DNA from: Fistulifera solaris
Taxonomy: Eukaryota
Length of the DNA: 64,000 nucleotides
Direction: 5' to 3'
Assembly: GCA_030295235.1 (NCBI GenBank)
Contig: AP026167.1
Location: 186,001-250,000, forward strand
The notes beneath the pieces were generated by a model. That model ran no database searches. It saw nothing but the letters and a program-made list of their open reading frames with translations, and had not been told where the DNA came from. Below are positions 25,870 to 35,845 of the stretch, one piece after another; within the stretch, counting starts at the first letter, position 1; every line of letters starts with the position of its first letter. The translations under genes and the position numbers were made by a program.

Positions 25870-28550
25870 CTTCGCTATCGAGCTATCGTTTAGTGTGACA
25901 CCCAAGGACGGCGGGAACACTATTTACAACAATGCTTAGAAAATTAGGAGAACGAAGGACTACGCCAGATTAAGATGCAGGGACAGCAACAACTATGATT
26001 GAGTGATCCCGAGTTTCTAAAACACTACGAAAAAAAATGTCATCGGGTAAAATGTACAAGCAAATCTAAATTTAAGAAACATTCAATTATCATTAAATTC
26101 AAAGCGACGTGACAACAACAGAGTAAAAACATAAACACAAACGACTGCATTTTCAGAATACTCCCGGCAATAAACACTTGTGCACAAATACAAATGGACA
26201 CACGAACCTAGGTAGGTCGAAATCACATTTAACGGATGAAAACGAGATCCAAATGATGGAGAAACACAAACACCACTACCACCATGACGAGATCGAATTG
26301 GAGACGCATCAACTTTCCAAATGCACAACATCTCATCTGACCCCAAGGAAGCGAGCTTGCAACCATTGGGGCTCATATCCAGTGTCAAGATGCGGCCTTT
26401 GTGCATAGACAAGCACTGGATCTGCTCCATCTTTGGGTAGCTCCATAGCGACCACATTGTTTGGGCTTGAGGTCGAAAAGCCATGGCTGGAATACAACTC
26501 CTGATGATGCCGGCCCCAGATCAAAGAAGAAACTTGACTATCGGTAGATACCGTCAACAATTTCCCAGAAGTAGTACTCCAGAGCTTGATGCAGCCATCT
26601 GTAGTTCCGCCGCCAGTCGCGAGCATATCGCTTCGATAAGGACACCAGGCCAGTCCCTTGACAGCCGCCGTGTGCGATTCCAATACAAGTCGAGGTCCGG
26701 CGTTGTTGATCATGGAAGCATCCCAAAGATGAACTGTATTATCATTTCGACCGGTTGCGAGGCACGTTCCATCGGCGTTCCAGGCCAGATTGCAGATTGA
26801 CAACAAAGCGATGACGCCGCTGGTCCAGACACGGTCATCCCCGTGACGGAGCGAGAGCGCAAGTCCAAATTCACAATGTCACTGTTCGCGCATCCAGCCG
26901 TCAACCAGTTTCGCGAATCGTTCCAGCAGAGGGCGCGCACTGGGCTTCTTGCCGAGGTCAAGGAAGGGTTGACAACTTCTTTGTTGCTGATCGTGGTACC
27001 GCAGCGTACCATGCCTGAACTTCGTTCCTACTGCCAGCAGGTGCGTCAGACCGTCCATTGTGCACCACTTGACAGATCGAGCGTAATTGGAGGTCTCGTT
27101 TTCGTCAAGAGATGTGATACCGGCGCCCGCAATCTCATGCACGGCACGAGTAGACTACGTTCATGACGTACACAGGCGATCCCAGAGCCACAGCAAACAA
27201 ATTGTCCTTACTCCAGCTGAGTGGATGGGTATAGTAATCATTCATAATATCCGGTGCATCATGAACAACTTCAGGACGGGAATGGATAACACGAGCGGCG
27301 GTTACATTGACCTTTTGGGCCGTCAAGGTCGGGGGGAGCAGCAAGAAGTCCATTCGCGAAGGGTCCGCAGCAACGATGGGACGACGATTACTTGTCATGG
27401 AAGGGGAAACAGAGCCGTACTTCAAAAGAGACTTCAATTGAAGCTCGTCATCAAGATCGCTTCGTCGGAAACATTGCACAACGTGCTCAGCAATTGCTTC
27501 TCGTACGCGAGTTTTGTCGAACGAGCTGCGGAAGGAGGACCGGCGCAAGCAACACTGGACAATGATTCACACGGCTTGGAAGCAGAATTCAGCTTTCGGC
27601 GACACAAATCCATATTCATGCGACGACGAGGCGGAATGAAACGATCCTGATCGTCACGAGGGGCAATTCAGCGGTGTCAACAAATGAAGACGACGGGCAG
27701 TCGAACGCATGCGAGGGACTGGAGTTCTAATCATCTGTGGAGTGCCAGGTGCGACAGTCTGCGCCAAGTCAGCGGCATCCAAGACGATTAGGAGTTGATA
27801 CATGATTATGCGAATGCATATCAGAGGATAGAACGTTGTTTTGAGAGCAAGAAGACACCATGGTGTGATTTTTTGGTTCAAAGCAAAAATTGTGCGGATA
27901 AGGCTTGCTGCGGTACAAAATTGTACGAGACAAATACGCTAAGTAGCGAGTTGTACAGAGAACCACGTAGGTTAGAATGTACAATACAGACTGTATTATA
28001 TCGTACCGGAATCGTACGGCAGTTGTATATTTTCATTGCTCTCGCAAGATGACGTTCACTGTGATCAGTTTCAAGCGCATTTGAAGTCTTCAGGTCTTCG
28101 ATTTGTTGTAAATGAAGCAACAACTCACTCTTGATCTAGATTCTGGTGTTTTGTAGGTACTGCGATGCTTGATGATTCATCGTATATTTGTCAAACGTGA
28201 GCAGCAAGCAATGGAGTAAAATGGCATCATCATCGTCAACCGACGCGATTGATGTGATGCTTCGCTATTTGAAGTTGCCGTAGCTCATGACCTCTAGCTA
28301 TAACATAATTGACTGTCTGAAGGAAGGAATGTCGTATGAAATCGATGGGAGCGCTTTCTTGATAGCTGTTTGTGGTTTTGGAGAGAAGGGAGAAATTTCA
28401 CTGACCGGCAAAGATCATGTGCATGTCGTTTGTTGTTTCTCGTTATGCCCCTTCTCGCCGTTTATCTGCTCAACTTATTATTAACGTCAATAAAAACTAC
28501 AAACTGATCAAGTAAAATGTTTAAGAAAAACGAATCTATCACTCTTAAAT
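25870..28550. repeat. Segmental duplication A, copy 2
   Basis: Aligns with 13715-16180 and includes about 157 bp absent from copy 1. Confidence 0.92.
26229..27861 (-). pseudogene. CDC20: CDC20/Fizzy-like APC/C activator, copy 2; full-length but multiply frameshifted (may be functional with assembly errors)
   Basis: Probable start MVSSCSQ at 27861; C-box DRFIPPR (27646-27626), HDAPDIMNDYY, ICNLAWNADGTCLATGRNDN, HTAAVKGLAWCP, LATGGGTTDGCIKLW; IR-tail codons at 26237-26232. Confidence 0.8.
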
Positions 28551-28670
28551 TTTATTAGTATGCTCAAACTGTATTGTGCTGATGCGGCAACTGTATATAT
28601 TTTCGTTGATCGCGTCTATTGCGATCTATAAACTCTACTACAGTATTTAGTTTGCATCTTTGTTATAAAC

Positions 28671-29950
28671 ATGTCGAAGCCGAAAGAACGACGATCTGCT
28701 GGAAGTAATACGCCCCAAGGACCTTCAACCGTCGCAAGTCGTGGTAATGCGGGGGACGGGAAAAGCGATGCCCGTACATCGACTGCTGCGAGACCCTATC
28801 GATCGAAATGAGTTTCAGCAATAATCACCCGGCATTATTATCTTACGACAACGGAACAAAGTCATTTGTAGCCTTGAACGGCAATTCTCTATTTCGTCCG
28901 AGTGATGATCTGTTACGTCTCGATTTCGGTTACTCCATGATCTGTACGATTTATAGATGGGAAGCGGAAAAGGTTGCCGAGACAACTGCTTTATTCTGGA
29001 GTTTACCGGAAGGGTAAGGAGAATCCACAAATTCTACGGAATGACAAGTCATCTGTTCTGGTAGCGACTCTAATTTTGCGTCTTTCTCGTGTGAGCAAGT
29101 GGCTATTTGATACGAACCTAGGAAGAGAAGTAACTTTGGTGGACGCAAAGATAACGGCAGAGCAATCGGAGGCCTTGGCGACATGGTTGCATCCCATTGA
29201 CTTGGAGTTGACTCATGGATGTTATTGTGCGGCCTTTGTTGAAGCACTCAAAGGTTGTACATTACCTTTCGGGAGATTGCACATTGGTGAGAGGGACCGT
29301 TCGCGATTCAAAGTGCATTCATGCCCTGAATAAGAGCGGCAATTTGAAACGTCTTCTTCAGACAGTGTTAATTTGGATAAGGGGCTGCCCATTTACTAGT
29401 GTGATCCCTTTTGTATATTCCTCGCCAACTCCGAAAGCGGATGGAAGCATCGACGAAAGCAACAGAACACAAAGAATCTCCATCGACAGTGAAAGTGTGC
29501 AACTAATTTTGCTATGACGTGACACAATATTTTCCGCCTATTCTGTCTTTTCATACCTCTTTCGCTTGGACTCAAGGCAACTTTCGCGTCTAACATTACA
29601 AGCGTCCGATCCTCGTAGAAGGAAATCGTGTGTTTTACCGAAGAAAGTTATACAGGATCTCGAACGATTTCTTGGTGCCAACCCACAGTTAGAGTTTCGA
29701 CATCATCGAATGTGATGTAGGATCAGCCGAACATTGGAAAGAGTTATTCGAGGCAACGGAAGATCACGAACGTTTGCAATCCTTCGCATCGATGGTATCC
29801 GACAAGATTTGATCCTACTCAGTCTTGGCTGACTCGGTTGCTGCCCAAGAAGAGGAACTTTGATCTTCGCGATATGAATGGCCGCGGCATTCCAAGCGAA
29901 AGTGAAGGCGAGCCCGACGACAGTGATGATGAGAGTGAAACATAAGATTG
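28671..29950 (+). pseudogene. Degenerate LRR/RNI-like diatom family gene, copy 3
   Basis: YDNGTKSFV, TTALFWSL, KITAEQSEALATWLHPIDLEL...AFVEAL...PFGRL align with motifs of copies 1 and 2; acidic low-complexity tail near 29900. Confidence 0.5.
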
Positions 29951-30049
29951 ACTAAGTTGGTCGGGGATTTGACTGCGAGTCGAGTTCAAATTCTGAATTT
30001 TTCGCTCAAAGAAAAGGTAAAAACAGTCAGCACTGTTCGCTACTAGCAA

Positions 30050-30394
30050 TTGAGCGAAGCTTGCATTGAAGATGAAATCAAACAGACAAAAACTGCCAGC
30101 GTATGGAGTGCCGAGCTATCAGTCATCTTGGCCACACGGCCTTTTCCTTTAAGTCTTTGTCGGTGCGATCAATGCTGGTGGCAACAGCATTGGTCAAAAG
30201 CGCTGCAGAAAAACTTTCAGCGCACTGATGTCTCATTATTCTTTCACGTGGACACATTGTGCGAGCTCATAAAAGCTTTGGCGGACAAAAAACGATTGCT
30301 TTGCAAGGCGTCGGAGGCAATTGCCTGCTTCAAGGAGTTATTGTCGAGCGTCGAACCTCGAACCTCGATCGAAACACAACAAGCGTGCCCATGA
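30050..30394 (+). pseudogene. Internally deleted remnant of the LRR/RNI-like family, copy 4
   Basis: The mid-gene motif SVILATRPFPLSL is joined almost directly to the C-terminal motif NFQRTDVSLFFHVDTLCEL. Confidence 0.55.
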
Positions 30395-31665
30395 AGTCGT
30401 CCCGGTTTCAAATCCTCTATGTCTTAAAGCCCGCTCCGACTTTAGCAAAATCCTCTAATGCGTCTGTCCACGGTCCGGCAGCAGCAGCAAGCAGCCGCAG
30501 CAAGTTTTGACACACCGTTATTGCTGATTATAATCACTATTCTCATCTAAAAACAAACAAAATGCGAGTTTCAAAGCGTTCTATCTCTTCTTTGACGTCT
30601 CAGAATAATGAAGAGCCGTCGCGCAAGCGGCAGCGGACGAAAAGCCCTGAGAGATCGATTTCGTTGGCAGATCAGCCAGCGTCCGCCTGAGTCAAGATTA
30701 TGATCTGTTGTTTGATTTTGACGACTTCTTCGAACGTTGAGTCAAAGGACGATCTTTCTTCGTTCCTTTTCTTGACTTCTGAGGAGATGGAGTTGTTGGG
30801 AGAACTGATGCCCATGACCTCGTTGCAGGAGTCGTATCAGTCTGATGTCAAGTTGAAGGAGGGCAGCCCGCTCGACTCCACCGCGGCCTTTGCCGAATCA
30901 ATGCGACCTGATGACCTTTCTGAGTCTCCTCCGTCACTGATTGAGGAGACGGACAAAGTGCGCCCGTCGAGCGAAAAGCCGGTGTCGATACTGCGTGTGA
31001 AACATCGACATGCTTGGCGTCCGCAAGCACCGCTGGTTTCCACAACGCCTTTGTCGAATGTTGCGGAGGGCTCTGATGCAAGAATGACGAGTCATCTTTT
31101 TGATTTTTTCTCTCAGAGGAGTCCGCTTTGCACCGCAGATTGTGGCGGGTGTGAAGGAGATTCCCAATCGCTTGTCCTGGACAAAAGAAGAGAAGGAAAG
31201 CATGCATTCCGACGGACAGAGATTGAAGGTGGAAGGTGATAAGAGGTTCGTGGAGCGTGAGTTCGAATGCAGTCGGTTCTGTTTGGATAATGTCGTGGAA
31301 GAGGATGAGTTCTTTTGTGATCATCTTGGAGAAATGGTCCATCCAGCATATTTTCACTCTTATGTGTAATGCGATGTTGTTCCCTTTCTTGCTTCCGACC
31401 CTCATCCTGGGATCTTCACGCGCTGAATTCCGAAAGTCTATGATGCATTACTGCCAATTTTATGACAACGCTGTTCTGGAAAAGCGCTTCCACCCCAAGG
31501 AGGCAGAAAAAGCAATGCAAGTTGTGGCATTGAAGCGTCGTCGTTGCCGTCGTCGTACATCGCGATTGTAGCTGCTGTGTGTGTTGCTTTGATTCCGAGA
31601 CTTTTAGCACTGCTGACAGAGACATCCAATCCATGCGTATATTATGCACTTGAAAGTGCATCGTT
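30369..31665. repeat. Segmental duplication B, copy 2
   Basis: Near-identical to 22472-23765. Confidence 0.95.
30562..31571 (+). CDS. Uncharacterised family-X protein, copy 4, frameshifted (possible pseudogene)
   Basis: ATG at 30562; KPVSILRVK, RGVRFAPQIVAGVKEIP, EEDEFFCDHLGEMVHPAYF; TAA at 31367-31369 where copy 3 reads through. Confidence 0.6.
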
Positions 31666-32049
31666 GGTTTTCTTGTTATTCCCCGTGTTTCGTCCCTTTT
31701 ATTGTTTCTCCTTCCATTTCGTTTTGTTCCACAAATCGGATTGTTCTGCATCTTTGCGATAGAAGACAATTTAAAATAGATTTCATTGCGTTTTGATTTG
31801 CCTTTACGATTAGTCTAACATCGGTTAACAATAGCTCAATTCTTTTTTCATCAAGTCAATTTCCGACCTGTATCACCTTTGGTATTTTCATCATGAAGAC
31901 ATATAACCCTGGTAAATCTTTTAAATCCGGCATGCTGATGATTTGGTCCAAATTTGGTGAAGGCTACGACCTCAGTTTGTTTGAAAATGGTGAAATGAAA
32001 TTATGATCTGTAGTTCGCGATCGAAATGACAAGATACACTGGACACTTG

Positions 32050-32550
32050 TCATCTCGCATACGGTTCAACACAATTGAGGTCTTCGTACACGATTTCCTT
32101 CGTTATGACATTTTCCAACTGCACCCGATTCCAAAGACGAGGATACTTCCGCTTATCAAATTGCAAAATTCCCACAACCCGAAAGAGTTCATTGTCGCGG
32201 TAAACGTAATCTTTCACTTGAATATCCCGTTCTTGCACACAAGCTTGAGAAAAGGGCGCCGCACACAGCGGCCACGGTTGTGGATGGCGATTTTTCCGTT
32301 TCGGCGGTGTGGGACGACGTTCATCGACATATTGCGGGTCTTGATGTCGACTGCGTCGACGTTCGGGCAATGCACGGATCCATGCTGTAGGAATCTCTTC
32401 GTCTTGTTCGTTGCTGACCCAACGCACCCATATTTTGGTGGGGTTGGTCGAAGGTTTGTTGAGGATTTTACGAGCCGCATGCTCCGTTTTCGGAAAATGC
32501 ACCCAAATTAAATCGCCCAATATAACATCGGAAGACGGTTTGCCTTTCAT
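32050..32550 (-). CDS. Small protein with two predicted SH3-like barrels (Tudor/PWWP-like and KOW-like)
   Basis: Intact ORF from ATG 32550: LGDLIWVHF...IWVRWVS...EEIPTAWIRAL, basic linker, then DIQVKDYVYRDNELFRVV...RVQLENVITKE. Confidence 0.5.
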   Translation of the reverse strand: MKGKPSSDVILGDLIWVHFPKTEHAARKILNKPSTNPTKIWVRWVSNEQDEEIPTAWIRALPERRRSRHQDPQYVDERRPTPPKRKNRHPQPWPLCAAPFSQACVQERDIQVKDYVYRDNELFRVVGILQFDKRKYPRLWNRVQLENVITKEIVYEDLNCVEPYAR

Positions 32551-32862
32551 CTTTCGTGATCTTTGCTTGAAAACCTTTGATAGTAGTGATACGGAAAGAT
32601 AGCAAGAAGGAAAAGTATAAAAGGAATGCAAGAAATTAATCAACTTATGCTTCTCAATGGTGCGAGAAATACCGCGGAAGCAATGCGACGCGGCATTTTC
32701 GCGAAAAGCCCACGTGACGCGCGACACGTGACTAACAATCGTTTACCGCCCAAACGGTCCGCGCTCGCGAAGAAGTTCTTTATTCGTCTTGTTGTCTTTA
32801 TCGACATTTCCATTTTCGTTTCCTACTTGATTTTATCATTGATATTCGCTATTATCTCACTA

Positions 32863-33405
32863 ATGATGACATCAACACGCCACACACTCGAAGGTACTTG
32901 GATTCTGGACAAAACACGGTCCGATTGGAGCATGACACCCTATCTGCAAACGATGGAAGTCGATCCGCTCGCGATTGAGGCTCACGAAAAGGGAGATCTC
33001 GAAGCCGATACGTTTCATACTATCCATTTTCTTCCGGGAAATCGTGTTCAACTCATCAAAAGAAGTCGCGTGAACAATGATTTAGTCATTGACTTAGAAT
33101 TGGGGATGGAACAAGTTGAACACTTGTCGCCGGGACAGCGTCCGAAAACCATGATTGCGACGGCGGATCGGGCGCGGAGTTTTCTCGAAATTCAATCCAC
33201 TTTACAAACCATGAGCAACGGTACTGCGAGTGTCCGAGACGTTAAGCGATTGCAGCACGAAAACGGTGCAGTTGTGTTGATACAGGAATTGACGATTACG
33301 AACGAGCGGACAGGAGCATCGCATTCCTTGCAACGGACCTTTTTACCCTATTACGATACTCCGCCTCATTTAGTCGTTGAGGAAACGGAGGAATTGCATA
33401 CTTAG
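32863..33405 (+). CDS. Calycin (lipocalin/FABP-like) fold protein
   Basis: N-terminal LEGTWILDK GxW motif followed by a short helical segment (MTPYLQTMEV) and alternating beta-strand pattern, ending LQRTF. Confidence 0.55.
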   Translation: MMTSTRHTLEGTWILDKTRSDWSMTPYLQTMEVDPLAIEAHEKGDLEADTFHTIHFLPGNRVQLIKRSRVNNDLVIDLELGMEQVEHLSPGQRPKTMIATADRARSFLEIQSTLQTMSNGTASVRDVKRLQHENGAVVLIQELTITNERTGASHSLQRTFLPYYDTPPHLVVEETEELHT

Positions 33406-33547
33406 CAAGGTGATCTAGTAGGCGGAACAATTCAATTCAAATCAAATCAAATCAGCAGCTAACCCCGTTTCGTGATTTCATTCACGAAAGAAAAGATCGA
33501 AGATATCCTACAAGATTACCTTAAATGAATGAAAATCACCAGCCTAA

Positions 33548-35294
33548 CTATAGTGACGTTAACTTCAACTCCTCCAGAAAACTCGTACTATTGTGCACTG
33601 TTGTACCGGCCAAGACGACGGGAATCCCACCGCTGGGCAATTTTGTTTGTTGCTCGTTGTATTCGGCAATCTTGGTTCCTTCCTCGTACGTGATACCCCC
33701 CACCACAAAAAGCAACACTTGGTCCGGAACACCGCCGGAAGAGCCTGGGACGACAGGATAAGTCCGTGATGACAACTTGCCTTTAATCAAAGCATGCAAA
33801 GTTTCCATCAACAGGGGAACGTGTTGCGCGTATACATTTTCCACGCCCTGTACACTGGTCATGAACGATTTTGTCATTTTTGACACCAAGTTCACGTGAT
33901 CGCCATCGCCAAATAATCCCGGTCCCCGCGATTTCACGCCACCGTATCGTAACATCACGGGTACTAAGTTTACAAAATCAGCGGGGACACCGCCTTTGCT
34001 CATGGCCTGCTGGACCATGTGTATGTTTCCCGATACTTCGTAACGCAAGGCAAACAACAATCCGAGACGTAGTTTGTCGGCCATCTTGATCGTACGGCTC
34101 TGTAATTTGTCCAGCAATTCACGCCAGTGTGCCGTGTGATCGTCTGTACACGCCAATTGCTGTTCAAACTGTGACACATCCATGAGCGAACATACTTCGA
34201 CCAGTCGTGCCAGTTCCCCCATAATTGCCACATGTTTCGACACTGTATGCGATCGCGAGCGCAGTTCGGGGAATTTGTCCATGAACGCTTGCATTTCTTC
34301 AATAGTATTGAGATTCTCGACACTGTGCTGTGCCGTGTGTTTCTGATAATCCTTCAACATGGTCTGGATGGCTTCTCCGAGCTCACCAAAGTTGCGGTGT
34401 CGATTGGTCCGAAAAAAAGTCATCTTGGGTCGATGACAATACCACTTCTTCCAAATCTTTCGAAACATTTGGTGCACCCTTGAGTAACACACGATGATTG
34501 TTCAATCCCAACAATTCGTGTACCATAGCTTGGTACGTCCATTGACTGAGAAGGGGCGTCACCGGATCATCGCGTCGATCCAATATTAAGACATGCAAAC
34601 CGCCTTTGCTACTACTGGGTGTGCGAAAATGAAAGATATCATCGTTCTGAATCGCATCGTGCAAATCTTGGGCCAATTCTTCGGCACACGCCGAATGCGC
34701 CGCATAACGGATACACGTCGGTTGCTGTTTCATCGCTAACAACATGGATTGCAATCCTTGTAAATTACGTTCGTACTGCAGAGCGTGTTTGGGAGCCCAA
34801 CTCGTCCCGGCCGCGACGGTCATGGCTAAACTGGAACGGGACATGTGCAACGTCCATAAATCTTCATTGATGGGTACAAAATCGGCGTAGAATTCTTGGA
34901 CTTGCACAACTTTTTCGGATGTATCGTGCTGTGCCAAGGTTCGTAACAATCCGGTCGAAAGAATTCCCGAAACGAAGATATGATATTCCGCAAATCGTGA
35001 TTGCTCTAGTTCTTTCCCAATAGCTTCAATACTAGATGGAGTGGGTCGTACAAAACAAACGGCTTTCAAATGACTTCCTCCCGAGGATAAGGACGGCGAC
35101 GTGATATTCGAGACCAAATAGACTTGCTGATTCATAATTTCTGTTTGCGAATAGACCGAAGCCACAATCTGTGTCGTCACTTCATCCAAAAGTAAGACTT
35201 TCATTCCGTGACATTTCCCATCTCCGTGAATGACTCGATCGATGTACTGCTTGATAATCTCAATCCCGTTCATGGAATGATGTTTGGGCGGCAT
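33548..35294 (-). CDS. VPS45: Sec1/Munc18-family protein Vps45; frameshift in the A-run at about 34412-34418
   Basis: GMKVLLLD, HLKAVCFVRPT, VQEFYADF, ILDRRDDPVTPLLSQWTYQAMVHELLG, NFGELG, VENVYAQHVP and VGGITYEE. Confidence 0.95.
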
Positions 35295-35845
35295 GTTTGC
35301 GCGAATTCGAATCTTTTAATCTGATAAATGGATAGGCTTGCGTGGCGATGTACTGCTTGTCGGCTCGAAGAGACTTTCGTGTAATATGAAGAGCTCAATC
35401 GAAACGATTTTAAAAGAGGACAAAGTGTGACTCTTTCGTTTTCGCCAACGCTTTTTTCTTTTTGAAGCTAAAAAGACTGATCTGTGTTCCGCACCGCCAT
35501 GGTCATTGCATTTTCTCGTTTATTTTCATTCAAGCTCTCGATAATAATAATATAATTCAGTAGCGGGTTTCAGTCGTCATCGGTTGACCGAAGGACGACG
35601 TGGGTCAAGTGGATCGATCGGATCGGATCATGTTGTGCTGTCGCATAGCGGACGAGCAGATTTTCAGTTGAGTAAATGGGTGTTTGTGCGACATCTCAAG
35701 CGACTATCAGGAAAAAAGTAGCTGGACCGAGAAAACAAAACTTTTTGTTGCAATGAAAGCATTGGTTATTATTTGTTGTTATTATTCTTTGACTTGAAAG
35801 AGAGGAAGCGATCGTAAAAGACGCCTTTATTATCCTCTTTTCCTG

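Noticed and set aside
30680..30695. CGA-to-TGA nonsense mutation in family-X copy 4
   Set aside because: Comparison with copy 2 (PSQ...DDFF) suggests the true frame there may be different, so this TGA may be out of frame.
13715..31665. Duplicated blocks as transposons or LTRs
   Set aside because: No transposase, RT or integrase ORF and no TIR, TSD, TG...CA ends or PBS were recognised; the repeats contain host genes.
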